Shown piece by piece: positions 31,771 to 41,218 of a stretch of 64,000 bases of DNA (position 1 is its first letter; each line of letters begins with the position of its first letter). The position numbers and the translations under genes were made by a program. Origin of the DNA: Pyrinomonadaceae bacterium. GTDB taxonomy: Bacteria > Acidobacteriota > Blastocatellia > Pyrinomonadales > Pyrinomonadaceae. The notes under the pieces are model-generated. The model made no database searches and was not told the origin of the DNA. It was given only the letters and a program-made list of their open reading frames with translations. Location of the stretch: contig DASYPT010000100.1 in the NCBI GenBank assembly GCA_036006355.1, forward strand, positions 5,724 to 69,723, in the 5' to 3' direction.

Positions 31771-31854
31771 CTCACCACGAAGGCACCAGGACACAAAGCT
31801 GAAAATGGCTTGGAAGATTTTGCGGCTTTTGTGACTTCGTGACTTTGTGGTGAG
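31771..31854. repeat. imperfect palindrome, H-like copy 2
   Basis: CTCACCACGAAGGCACCAGGACACAAAGC ... GCTTTTGTGACTTCGTGACTTTGTGGTGAG (about 70% arm pairing). It lies in the convergent gap between lpxD and the SDR gene. Confidence 0.6.
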
Positions 31855-31899
31855 TCTTCTTCGAAAGTAATTGAGTTGAGGATCTTAAGGCATCGAAGC

Positions 31900-32649
31900 T
31901 TAGGTTATGCCGCCACCATCCACGATCACGATCTCACCGTTCATAAAACTGTTTCGATCGCTCACCATGAACGCCGCATACTCGGCGAGTTCCTCAGGAC
32001 GACCCAGGCGGCCGGCAGACACCCAGAAGTCATGCATTTGCAGTAAACGTTCAGGTAAAGACTGGGCCAGATCGGTATCGAATATTCCTGCCGCAATCGC
32101 GTTGACACTAATGCCAAACGTTCCTGCTTCTCTCGACAAACATTTCGTGAAGCCAATCATTGCAGCTTTCGATGTTGCATAGTGAACGGCCGTAGGCAGC
32201 GCACGCATTGCGCCGATTGAAGTGATGTTAAGGATCGACCCTTTACGCTGCCGAATCATCTGTTTGTAGATTGGCTTAGTTACCGCGAAAAGACTGTCGA
32301 CATTCGTGTGGATAACATCGTCCCAGGCTCGGTCGGTAGTAGTGGCGAAATTGTCTCCCCGATTGATGGCGGCATTGTTTACCAGGATATCTATACCGCC
32401 CCATTTCTCTACTAACTCTCGCGTGAGCCTCTTTAGCCCGACTCGGTCAGTCACCGAAATCTTCGCGCTGAAGGCACGTCGGCCATAGCTCTCAATCTTG
32501 TTTCGGATTTCCTCCGCGAGGTCATCACGACTGTTGTAATTAAACGCGACATCTGCACCCTCACGAGCAAACACGTCGCACAGTGCCGCACCGATACCCC
32601 GCGTTCCACCCGTGATGAACGCTCGCTTTCCTTCCAGCAAAAGACTCAC
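31900..32649 (-). CDS. SDR family oxidoreductase (FabG-like)
   Basis: Contains ITGGTRGIGAA, NNAAI and YATSKAA. Confidence 0.85.
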   Translation of the reverse strand: MSLLLEGKRAFITGGTRGIGAALCDVFAREGADVAFNYNSRDDLAEEIRNKIESYGRRAFSAKISVTDRVGLKRLTRELVEKWGGIDILVNNAAINRGDNFATTTDRAWDDVIHTNVDSLFAVTKPIYKQMIRQRKGSILNITSIGAMRALPTAVHYATSKAAMIGFTKCLSREAGTFGISVNAIAAGIFDTDLAQSLPERLLQMHDFWVSAGRLGRPEELAEYAAFMVSDRNSFMNGEIVIVDGGGIT

Positions 32650-32806
32650 TTAGTTATGTTTTCTCCTAAGACTCCCGCTAGTAGGACAGGCATCCTCAAG
32701 CGTAACAGACTTTAATAATCTGAGCAGAGAAACGCGGGAGCTACTACGGATTAGTTTTTGTGCCGGGAGATTAAACCGTGAAAAGAGCCGGCAGTCAATT
32801 CAGGGG

Positions 32807-34114
32807 TCAGGCGGAAGCTTCGCCAAACGAGGCGTTTTCAGGCTGGGGAATCAGTGCGGCGATCTCTTCAACGATTTGTCGCGTGGAGTTTGGTATCGCA
32901 AGGCCGACGGTTGCCGCTCTTAACCGAGAATAATGCACTTCGTCTTCCAACATTCTTCGCACGGCAGGAACGACGTCTGAGGTTCGCCTCAACATCACCC
33001 CTGCGCCACGCTCGGCAATAAGATTTGCCGTGCCAGCTTCCTGGGGCATCGGTTCGGTCGTCACATCCGCGATAATCGGAACGCGACACGCCAGGGCTTC
33101 AAAGGTCGTCAGCCCTCCAAGTTTGGAGATCATAACGTTTGCCGCGCTCATCAGTTTTTCGATTTCGTCCGAATAGCCAATCACCTTAATAGGGAATGGG
33201 GCATCCAGTGCCAACGACTCAGCCTTGGCGCGCAAATCTTCATTTCGACCAGCCAGGAAAATCGCCTGGACATCCAATTCACCTCGGATAAGTTCCTTGA
33301 ATATCTGCGGGATGTTGCCACCTCCAGCCCAGCCGGCATTTACAAACACAGTAAACTTTTCCGGGTCCAACCCAAGGGCGGAACGTGCCGCTTTCGCAGC
33401 ATCTTCTCCCGGATAGGCAAACTTGGGATGAACAGGCATACCTGAAATCTTGATACGTTCAGGTGCAACGCCATAATCGATCAACTGACGACGCGCCTCA
33501 TCACTCGCCACCAGATATAGCGAGACAGCATCACAAGCCCAACCCTTCCAGAATCCGTAGCAAGGATCGGTTACAACCGAGATTAGCGGAACTCGATCGG
33601 TCAGGTTCAATTCCTTAAGCACACGACCGAAGAGGTGTTGTGTTAGCGGATGCACGCTGACGACGACATGAGGACACCAACGTTCAAATAGCCCCGCCAC
33701 ATAACCGATACATCGCTTATGAAAAAACTCCAGTGTTTCAGGTCGAACGTGGTTGACGCACCAGTAGAAGTATTTCATCCAGTGCTGGCGATTCGTCAGA
33801 ATCCAATTGTAGAGTCGAACAAGTTTGGCAGTGAGATGATGCGATTCTTCGATGGCCCGTACGACTCTAACTGCGACAGACTCACCCTCAAAAAACTTCT
33901 GCACTCCGGCAACAATTGCCGCCGCGGCTGAACGATGACCACCACCCGTATCCGAAGAAATAATCAAGATCTTCGGATTGCGGTGCGCCTTAGTGCTGGG
34001 ACCGCACGCGTCCTCGCCTGCCCGGTTAAAATCAAGCGTCTGAGTTGGCAAGACGGCAGGCGGGGACGCCTGCGGTCCCGGCACTAAGCCCTGTTGTTGT
34101 TCTGATGTACTCAT
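32807..34114 (-). CDS. glycosyltransferase family 28, MGDG-synthase-like diacylglycerol glycosyltransferase
   Basis: KILIISSDTGGGHRSAAAAI is the N-terminal signature of the MGDG-synthase/UgtP-type family, and a GT28 C-terminal domain follows. The start is uncertain: ATG 34114, TTG 34049 or TTG 33967. A family G repeat lies in the 5' part. Confidence 0.75.
   Translation of the reverse strand: MSTSEQQQGLVPGPQASPPAVLPTQTLDFNRAGEDACGPSTKAHRNPKILIISSDTGGGHRSAAAAIVAGVQKFFEGESVAVRVVRAIEESHHLTAKLVRLYNWILTNRQHWMKYFYWCVNHVRPETLEFFHKRCIGYVAGLFERWCPHVVVSVHPLTQHLFGRVLKELNLTDRVPLISVVTDPCYGFWKGWACDAVSLYLVASDEARRQLIDYGVAPERIKISGMPVHPKFAYPGEDAAKAARSALGLDPEKFTVFVNAGWAGGGNIPQIFKELIRGELDVQAIFLAGRNEDLRAKAESLALDAPFPIKVIGYSDEIEKLMSAANVMISKLGGLTTFEALACRVPIIADVTTEPMPQEAGTANLIAERGAGVMLRRTSDVVPAVRRMLEDEVHYSRLRAATVGLAIPNSTRQIVEEIAALIPQPENASFGEASA
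33993..34084. repeat. 92-bp palindrome, family G copy 2
   Basis: GTGCTGGGACCGCACGCGTCCTCGCCTGCC ... GGCAGGCGGGGACGCCTGCGGTCCCGGCAC. It has the same length and arm sequence class as 2999..3090. Confidence 0.85.
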
Positions 34115-34121
34115 TCCCGAT

Positions 34122-35288
34122 TTAGAATCCGGCGACTCGAACACCATCGGGCTCCGGATCAACTCGATCAATGCCCTTCCGAGCTTTCTTCATTTCTCTT
34201 TCAAGTTTTTTGATTTGGATCAAGTGACCGGGATTGAATGGCAGCGACGGATAATAACTGTTTGATTCATGTGTGCAGAAACAACCTGAGGCTGCTTTCT
34301 TGCGTCGTTCTTTCATTGCCGGAGACAGCCAAAGCTTCTGAAAATTCCAATCGAACTCACGCAGGTTGCCAATCGGCGCCAGGTTCTCGCATGAGGAGAC
34401 AGTGCCCTCGTCGTAGATAACGCCACCAGCGGTTCCCGCGTAACACTTCATCTGCGCGGTTTGAGTTTCCTGTGTCTTCGCAATCAAACCGTGCATGTAG
34501 ATATCGATCGCCGCCTTGAAGAAACCTGCCTTGCCACCGTAGTTGTTCTTAATGGCCGCATGACGGGAATCATCGTCGATCATTTGTGCCAGTTTCGCGT
34601 AACGAGAGTGGTCTATCTCTAATTCTTTTGGATCTGCTGACGGTGGTCGGATGTAGTTGAAATTAACTTTGTCTGGCTTCAAATCGTATTTCAGAAAGTC
34701 GTACCAGTCGAAGATCGTGTCCTGGTTTGAATTCATGAAGCAGGTACAGGTTTGCACATCCAACCGTGGAAAGTCATTCTTTATCGCCTGGAGCTGTCGA
34801 GCGGTGTCGATTGCGATGTCCCAGGAGCCGGGCTTCTGACGAATCTTTTCGTGCTCGCGCTTCGGGCCATCAATCCCAAGGGCGACCGTCACATTCAGAT
34901 TTGGACATTCCTGAAGAACTCGAGTTACGTCAGGAAAGATTCGTTTCTGAATTTGTCCATTGGACATTATGTAAATAGACTCGAGTTGATTATTACGGTA
35001 GAAGGCGCTCGCGATCTCGGGAAGATCTTTTCGCGTGAACGGTTCGCCCCCAGCTAAAATCAAGACACCGAGATTGCCACCTAATGTTTCAGATATGCGT
35101 TCGATCTCATGGGTCTTCATCTGAAGCTTCTTTCGCGGACGATCATCCAGCTCGTCCGTAAAGAAACAGTGGGTGCACCGCATGTCACAAACCGAGGTGA
35201 CGAGTATGTTGAGCAGCACTGGCGAGAACGGTTGGCCGATCGCCAGCTTTGCGTAACGCTTCAGTAATTCTTTCGTGGTGAAATCCAT
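34122..35288 (-). CDS. radical SAM protein with SPASM/twitch-like C-terminal Cys cluster
   Basis: CDMRCTHC is a CxxxCxxC motif, and GGEPF follows. The C-terminal part has CYAGTAGGVIYDEGTVSSCE...SGCFCTHE. Start set at ATG 35288 (GAGGAAG upstream). Confidence 0.8.
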   Translation of the reverse strand: MDFTTKELLKRYAKLAIGQPFSPVLLNILVTSVCDMRCTHCFFTDELDDRPRKKLQMKTHEIERISETLGGNLGVLILAGGEPFTRKDLPEIASAFYRNNQLESIYIMSNGQIQKRIFPDVTRVLQECPNLNVTVALGIDGPKREHEKIRQKPGSWDIAIDTARQLQAIKNDFPRLDVQTCTCFMNSNQDTIFDWYDFLKYDLKPDKVNFNYIRPPSADPKELEIDHSRYAKLAQMIDDDSRHAAIKNNYGGKAGFFKAAIDIYMHGLIAKTQETQTAQMKCYAGTAGGVIYDEGTVSSCENLAPIGNLREFDWNFQKLWLSPAMKERRKKAASGCFCTHESNSYYPSLPFNPGHLIQIKKLEREMKKARKGIDRVDPEPDGVRVAGF

Positions 35289-35393
35289 TTCTTCCTCAAC
35301 TTCTTTGCTCGCGCGCACAAAACCGCGAGAGTCTTACAGATAAGCTATTTAACTGAGCATTGTCAACGTGATGTTTTTGATGCGAGTTTAGGG

Positions 35394-35496
35394 AAGTGAG
35401 TGGGTTGTGGTTAGTGGTGGAATAGGTCGAATGGGTCTAATAGGTCGTATAGGTCCTATACACTCACTACTGACTACTGACCACCGACCACTAACC
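35394..35496. repeat. family E element copy 3 (core in opposite orientation, 4 units)
   Basis: Core is AATAGGTCG AATGGGTCT AATAGGTCGT ATAGGTCCTAT. Arms GGTTAGTGGTGG / CCACCGACCACTAACC, plus CAGTAGT-type repeats shared with copy 2. It overlaps the last 23 nt of 35474..37153. Confidence 0.75.
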
Positions 35497-37153
35497 GTCG
35501 GGCATCGCTTGTAACTCGTGTTGTACTCTCAGAGAACCGTGGGGCTTCAGCGACGATTACGTCCATAACTCGAAAAGCTCCACCTGACGGGACTTCAAAC
35601 TGGATGTCCAGATATCCACTTTCGCTCTCGACCACATCCGAAACTACTTCGCTGATGCGCTCTGGCTCGATTGTCCCCATCGACATCGAACCGCGTGCGG
35701 AGTCACCGATTCGCCAATTGACCAATCCTCGCGAAACACTAACACGCGCATAAAGTAAATACCGACGGTGAGCTTGTGCCTGGACTCTTTGCCACAAGCG
35801 GCCGCCGGCAAGGGCGGCCATCGCCTGCCCGCCAGATACCGTCATTGCCTCAACCGGGCCGGTAACACTCCAACCATCCGCCAACTGATTCGATCTACTC
35901 GTGAGCCGGAACGACGGATTGACTGCGAGGTTATCCGCTGTGAACAGTCCTAAGTCTTCCGCACGTTGATGCAAATAAGCGCAACCTTCGACAGTGCCAC
36001 TCGAAGATCGCACTCGGATTCCCTGCGAACGTTCGCGACGATCTCTTATAAACAGATCTCCATCAAGCAATTGAACGAATATGCCGGGAGCAATCTCCGA
36101 CCTTCGCTCAACAATCAGATTGCCTCCTGTGTCCAGACGCTGAATGTCTGAAGGATCGCTTGTATGAACCCAGTTCTTATCACTCACACTCAGCGGCTCC
36201 AATCTCTTGTCAGCAAAATAGAGCACTGCGCCTCCGGGCTTGTATTCGTAGGAGATGTGCCTGAAGTAAAGTCGTGGATCCATGTAGTAGTTACTGAGAT
36301 CGCGTTCAGTTTGCGGTTCGTGAGGTGCAAATGCGAGCTGCTTGCCTGACATCACAGCTTCGTGCAATGTGAGCGCGCCTGCTGGTTTATCCTCAACACG
36401 CCAGTAGCAATTGAATGTAGGATCCTGATAGATCCAACCGCCCCGATCCACGATCCAAACTTCAGCACCTGCGTGAGTGTCAACACCAAAACCACCACTT
36501 TGCACGGCTACGCTCAATCCAACTGTTCGGGCGACGAGGCCAACTGATTCACACAGTGCGACGTAAATATCGGCAAGATTTCCGCAGAGCACGGGATCGC
36601 CGGCCTTCATCTGTTGGTACGCTTCTCGTGGATGACGTGTCGCAAGACCCGGCATTGCGAGGTGATGTGTTTGACGACCAAGCCACGCTCGAATCTTATT
36701 TGCCTTGTCCCACGCTGAATCCGTTGCGGAAACAACTCCGTTCAATTCAGATCGAAGGAAGGCCGCGTCTTCCGGGCTCAACCTCTCGCGCGGTTCTATG
36801 CGACGCATGTCCTTTGGCAGGCCATCGATCTCGTCGCCCTGTCGATGGATCTGTAAGCGAGCCAGTTCCGCAGGATTGCCTTCTCGCGATGTAACCACGA
36901 CGGTCGTATCACCTTCCGGTACCTGAACTCGGAAATCCGCTACCTGGATCTTGGGCTCTACAACGATAGGACCAGGACGCCAATATGAAGAAACACCAAA
37001 GCCGCCGAGAAACGCGCCGACTATTCCTATCCCAATGAGCCATTTGGATGAAGACTGCTGGAGTGTGGCAGGACTTGCAGAAACTAAACGCAGTGTTCTC
37101 TCGGGTGGGATACCTGATCGGCTAGCGGGCTGCTCCGGGGTGAGCAGATTCAT
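35474..37153 (-). CDS. transglutaminase-like (Cys-His-Asp fold) protein with N-terminal TM helix
   Basis: CGNLADIYVALCESVGLVARTV...THAGAEVW...WIYQDPT fits the transglutaminase-core C/H/D spacing. The C-terminal region looks like a jelly-roll domain. Confidence 0.78.
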   Translation of the reverse strand: MNLLTPEQPASRSGIPPERTLRLVSASPATLQQSSSKWLIGIGIVGAFLGGFGVSSYWRPGPIVVEPKIQVADFRVQVPEGDTTVVVTSREGNPAELARLQIHRQGDEIDGLPKDMRRIEPRERLSPEDAAFLRSELNGVVSATDSAWDKANKIRAWLGRQTHHLAMPGLATRHPREAYQQMKAGDPVLCGNLADIYVALCESVGLVARTVGLSVAVQSGGFGVDTHAGAEVWIVDRGGWIYQDPTFNCYWRVEDKPAGALTLHEAVMSGKQLAFAPHEPQTERDLSNYYMDPRLYFRHISYEYKPGGAVLYFADKRLEPLSVSDKNWVHTSDPSDIQRLDTGGNLIVERRSEIAPGIFVQLLDGDLFIRDRRERSQGIRVRSSSGTVEGCAYLHQRAEDLGLFTADNLAVNPSFRLTSRSNQLADGWSVTGPVEAMTVSGGQAMAALAGGRLWQRVQAQAHRRYLLYARVSVSRGLVNWRIGDSARGSMSMGTIEPERISEVVSDVVESESGYLDIQFEVPSGGAFRVMDVIVAEAPRFSESTTRVTSDARRLVVGGQ

Positions 37154-37293
37154 AATTCGCTCCTTGAGGCGCTAATTCTTTGCTTACCGAAGAAAATTGC
37201 AGATCAGCCAAGTGGAAGAGATTACCAAATACTATGTAAAGACTTGGTCATGGTTGTGTAAAGTTTTGTCAATGCGGAATGCTTGTGTGGGCC

Positions 37294-37388
37294 AAAAAAG
37301 TCAGAAGCGAAACGCGGAAGCGTCGGGTTTGCAACCAACCAGATCATTGGATTGGTAGAACCCGACGCTACCGCGTTTCGCTTCTGAG
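37294..37388 (-). terminator. long-stem intrinsic terminator after the two-component operon
   Basis: Minus strand: CTCAGAAGCGAAACGCGGTAGCGTCGGGTT ... AACCCGACGCTTCCGCGTTTCGCTTCTGAC followed by TTTTTT. The 5' arm encodes the last residues (LRSETR*) of the regulator. Confidence 0.6.
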
Positions 37389-38729
37389 TTCTTTTTGGAT
37401 GCCCAAGGCGCGCATGCGTCGATACAAGTGGCTTCGGTCCACTCCCATCAATTCAGCAGCACGCGAAACATTACCGTCAGCTTCTTCCAACTTCCGCTGA
37501 ATGAACTCGCGGTGATAAGCCTCGGTCGCTTCCTTAAAGGAAGGAAAACGAAAAGAAACGGCAGGCGGTTCTTCTTTTCCGTGCGGTGGCAGATCTGACG
37601 CATCAACTTTCGTCCCAGGATGCATGATTACCACACGCTCGATCGTGTTTCGCAATTCACGCACGTTACCTGGCCACGAGTAGTTTTGTAACTCTTCAAG
37701 CGCTTCAGGCAAGAACTCCTTTTGCCGCTTGCCGTACGCCTTCGAGAAATGTTCATTGAAGTAAGCGACCAGTGCGGGCACATCCTCCAGGCGTTCACGC
37801 AACGGTGGCAGTTCGAAAGGAATGACATTCAATCTATAGAAAAGGTCCGCGCGAAAATTTCCTTGCTCAATTTCCATATCGAGTCGTTTATTTGTAGCGG
37901 CGATCAATCTGACGTCCACAGTAATCGAGGTTCCACTACCGACAGGTTCAAAGCGTTGCTCTTCGAGAACCCGCAGAACCTTCGCCTGGACCTTTGGACT
38001 CATGTCTCCCACTTCGTCCAAAAAGATCGTGGCGCCGTCTGCCAATTCAAACTTTCCTTTCTTTGCCGCAGTCGCTCCGGTAAACGCGCCCTTAACATGA
38101 CCAAAGAGCTCCGACTCGATTAACTCTTCAGGAATTGCCGCTGAGTTGACTTCAACAAACGGCGCAGCTGCACGCCTTGATTCCGAATGAATAGCATGGG
38201 CCACAAGCTCTTTTCCTGTACCCGACTCTCCGTAGATCAGGATTCGTCCATCCGTTGGCGCGACAACTGAGATCTGCTTTCGCAATGCACGCATCGCCAC
38301 TGACTCGCCGACCATCGTGTACTCCCGGGCGAGCGCCGCAGCCATGTCTGCATTGATTCGTTCCAGTCGTTGTTGTCGTAAAGCATTACGAACCGTCAGT
38401 ATTGTTTTCTCGATTGACAGAGGTTTCTCGATGAAATCGAAAGCGCCAAGTTTTGTGGCCCTGACAGCGGTCTCGACGTTTCCATGACCTGAAATAATGA
38501 CAACGGCGGCTTCCGATCCGAGAGCTCGAAGTTGTTTCAACGTTTCTAATCCATCGATCCCCGGTAACCAGACGTCGAGCAAAATACATCCGTACGCTCG
38601 TCGCCCCAACGCCTTCAAACAATCCTCCCCTGAAGGGACGGCATCGGCGACGAAGCCTTCATCTTCCATGACCGCACGCAACGTATCGCGAATGCCGCGT
38701 TCGTCATCAACTATGAGAATCGAATCCAT
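37368..38729 (-). CDS. sigma-54-dependent response regulator (NtrC family: REC-AAA+-Fis HTH)
   Basis: DVWLPGIDG receiver, GESGTGKE Walker A, the GAFTGA sigma-54 contact motif and a C-terminal HTH. Confidence 0.92.
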   Translation of the reverse strand: MDSILIVDDERGIRDTLRAVMEDEGFVADAVPSGEDCLKALGRRAYGCILLDVWLPGIDGLETLKQLRALGSEAAVVIISGHGNVETAVRATKLGAFDFIEKPLSIEKTILTVRNALRQQRLERINADMAAALAREYTMVGESVAMRALRKQISVVAPTDGRILIYGESGTGKELVAHAIHSESRRAAAPFVEVNSAAIPEELIESELFGHVKGAFTGATAAKKGKFELADGATIFLDEVGDMSPKVQAKVLRVLEEQRFEPVGSGTSITVDVRLIAATNKRLDMEIEQGNFRADLFYRLNVIPFELPPLRERLEDVPALVAYFNEHFSKAYGKRQKEFLPEALEELQNYSWPGNVRELRNTIERVVIMHPGTKVDASDLPPHGKEEPPAVSFRFPSFKEATEAYHREFIQRKLEEADGNVSRAAELMGVDRSHLYRRMRALGIQKELRSETR

Positions 38730-38765
38730 GTAGGAATTTAGAATTGAAGATTTAAGATTTCAGAT

Positions 38766-41018
38766 TCAGCTGCTCACAGGAAGTTCAATAATAAACCTGG
38801 CGCCAGCTGGATGATTTTTCTCGGCGCGAATTCGCCCGTGGTGTTCCACGATTATTCGTTGAACGATTGCCAGCCCTAAACCGGTTCCGCTGTCTCTGCG
38901 GGAGAAGTAGGGCTGAAAGAGTCGCCTGAAATCGTTAGGTGCAATTCCGTGTCCGGTGTCCGCCACTTCTGCGACAAGCAAACTCCGCTCCGTATCGTGG
39001 TAAGTAACGATGGTAATCCGCTTCTCGTTTTCTCCACGGACTAAGGCATTGAGCGCGTTATCGATCAGGTTCACAAACACTCGCTTGATTTGCTCCACAT
39101 CGAGCATCGCGGCAGGTAATTCCGGTGACAAGTGTACAGAAATCGTAGCGTCGTCGAGCCGTTCCTCGTAGAGTCCGATAGCCTGGGTTATCACCTCGTT
39201 GAGATTCGCACTTTCGAGTTGAATCGCTGGTAGTCGCGCAAAACGCGAAAACTCATCAACCATCGCTTTCAGACCTGCGACTTCCCTGGTGATCGTCTCT
39301 GTGCATTCCGCAATAACAGCCCCCACCTTATCGACTTCAACCGACTCCTCTTGCGGATGATTTCCGTTCTGACCATTCCCAGACGCAACTCGTTTATAGT
39401 TCTTGGCAATTCGTTCCGCCGAAAGTTGAATCGGCGTCAAAGGATTTTTAATCTCATGGGCCATGCGCCGCGCAACTTCGCTCCAGGCTGCTACTCGCTG
39501 TGCTGCAAGCAACTCAGACAAGTCCTCGATGACGAGAACCGCGCCTCGGCCGGAAAATACGGAATTAGTTAAAGCGGCAGCTGTCATCGCCACTGGTAAC
39601 GGTCCAGCCCCGTTACCGCCACTTTCCAGTTGTGTCTGCTCAGCCGCATGTCCTGCACGTCTGGCGCGTCTCAATAAACGACTAATCACTGACCAATCCT
39701 CGGCTCCGATCACTTCACTCAATAATCTGCCGCTATCTGGTCGATTCTCCAAACCAAGCATCCGAGCGGCGGACGCGTTGAGGGTTGTTATGCGATCGGC
39801 ATCGTCGATGGAGACAACCCCGGTTGAAAGTGATTGCAAGACCGTCTCGATATAGTTTCGTCGCTCGAGCAAAGCGAGGTTTTTCTCGCGTAGTTCTTCG
39901 GCGCCTGCTTCAATGCTTTTTCGATTCTCCTCGAGTTCGCTTGTCATTTGATTAAACGACTCAGCAAGCATAGCCAGTTCGTCATCAGCGACGGTGTGAA
40001 CCCGATGCGATAAATGGCCGCGGGCTATCTCCTTTGACGCTTCCGCAAGTGCCTTGATCGGAGTGGCAATACCGCGCGCGAGGTAAATAGCCACCCAGCT
40101 CGAAACAAAAAATAGAATCAACGTCATCAAGCCCAATGTTGAAAGACCCAACATTCTTATACGGCGCTGCTTTCGAACCAGGTCGCGATATCCCTGTTCC
40201 GAAGCTGACATCATTTGATCTAAATCGTTATCAGCGCGTTTGGGAGGCGCGACGATAAGCGTCTGCGAGTCATTTAAGGGAACGGCGACAACGTCGAAGT
40301 CTTTGCCGTCAGCAAAGGTATTGCCTGTGGGAGCACTCGCTTTACGCGCTTCCGCAAATAATTCGTCCAGTCGCTGGACTTCACTTGAAGAGAGATTCGC
40401 GCGTCGCTTGAGTTGAATCGTGCCGTCTCTCGAGACGATTTCGACACCAGCTAATTCGCCCGAAGACACCAGATGATCTATGGCAGCTTGCTGCTCAATG
40501 GCGGACTTTTGACCTAGTAGAGTTACCAGCAATAACGAGATGTCCTGCAGGTTTCGCGCCTGAATGTCGACAGTTTGACGACGAACTGAACTCGCTTGCT
40601 GAAGAATCACCTCTGGATAGAACCACTTCTCAAGTGATCGATTAAGAAACAGGTACGAGAAGACGGCCATTGCTGTGATGGGAAGGAAGCTGATCGAGAT
40701 GAAATAGACCAGCAAACGAGTCCTAAGCTTCGAACCGAGCTGACGCTCAGCCCTTTCGCGTCGCAACTTCAGGATGTTGCGAACGAATATAAAGGAGAAG
40801 ACTACAAAGCCGACGAAATTCAGCGTCGATAGGGCGTACAGAAGAATCGCGTCAGAAGGCGTGTCGGGCGTTACAACCGTCCAGAGCCACAGTTGCTGCG
40901 AAACAATAATTGATAGAAGAAGAGCGACCGTGATGCCCAAGGCCCAAAGCAGTAAACGTCGACGGCGACGCCGACGTTGCTCGAATTCAGGACTCACGTT
41001 TTCTGGATCGAAACTCAT
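38766..41018 (-). CDS. sensor histidine kinase (NtrY-like: TM-HAMP-PAS-HisKA-HATPase)
   Basis: HEIKNPLTPI H-box and G-box DTGHGI...GTGLGLAIV. Start moved to ATG 41018, because the track start at 41102 lies inside a family B repeat. Confidence 0.85.
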   Translation of the reverse strand: MSFDPENVSPEFEQRRRRRRRLLLWALGITVALLLSIIVSQQLWLWTVVTPDTPSDAILLYALSTLNFVGFVVFSFIFVRNILKLRRERAERQLGSKLRTRLLVYFISISFLPITAMAVFSYLFLNRSLEKWFYPEVILQQASSVRRQTVDIQARNLQDISLLLVTLLGQKSAIEQQAAIDHLVSSGELAGVEIVSRDGTIQLKRRANLSSSEVQRLDELFAEARKASAPTGNTFADGKDFDVVAVPLNDSQTLIVAPPKRADNDLDQMMSASEQGYRDLVRKQRRIRMLGLSTLGLMTLILFFVSSWVAIYLARGIATPIKALAEASKEIARGHLSHRVHTVADDELAMLAESFNQMTSELEENRKSIEAGAEELREKNLALLERRNYIETVLQSLSTGVVSIDDADRITTLNASAARMLGLENRPDSGRLLSEVIGAEDWSVISRLLRRARRAGHAAEQTQLESGGNGAGPLPVAMTAAALTNSVFSGRGAVLVIEDLSELLAAQRVAAWSEVARRMAHEIKNPLTPIQLSAERIAKNYKRVASGNGQNGNHPQEESVEVDKVGAVIAECTETITREVAGLKAMVDEFSRFARLPAIQLESANLNEVITQAIGLYEERLDDATISVHLSPELPAAMLDVEQIKRVFVNLIDNALNALVRGENEKRITIVTYHDTERSLLVAEVADTGHGIAPNDFRRLFQPYFSRRDSGTGLGLAIVQRIIVEHHGRIRAEKNHPAGARFIIELPVSS

Positions 41019-41070
41019 GAAATGTGTGGAAAGTTTAGCATAGGCGCTTCGGACAGCCGCGTCGTCAGGT

Positions 41071-41188
41071 GTCCGATATGCTTCAGCTTTGTCGTGACGC
41101 AACCAACCAGGCCCCTCGGTTTACGAACAGAGCTGATTGCCTTGGGGGCCTGGTTGGTAGAGTCCCGACAAGCTAAAGCATATCGGAC
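41071..41188. repeat. family B terminal-inverted-repeat element copy 1 (118 bp)
   Basis: GTCCGATATGCTTCAGCTTTGTCGTGACGCAACCAACCAGGCCCC ... GGGGCCTGGTTGGTAGAGTCCCGACAAGCTAAAGCATATCGGAC. Confidence 0.9.
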
Positions 41189-41218
41189 AACTTCGGTTAG
41201 AATGCGAAACTCATCAAC

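Noticed and set aside
37154-37300. A possible sigma-54 promoter (TTGGCTGATCTGCAAT) upstream of the transglutaminase-like gene, next to the NtrC-type activator.
   Set aside because: The GG-to-GC spacing is 9 nt rather than the roughly 12 nt register of TGGCAC-N5-TTGC. I found no better match in the other gaps I read.
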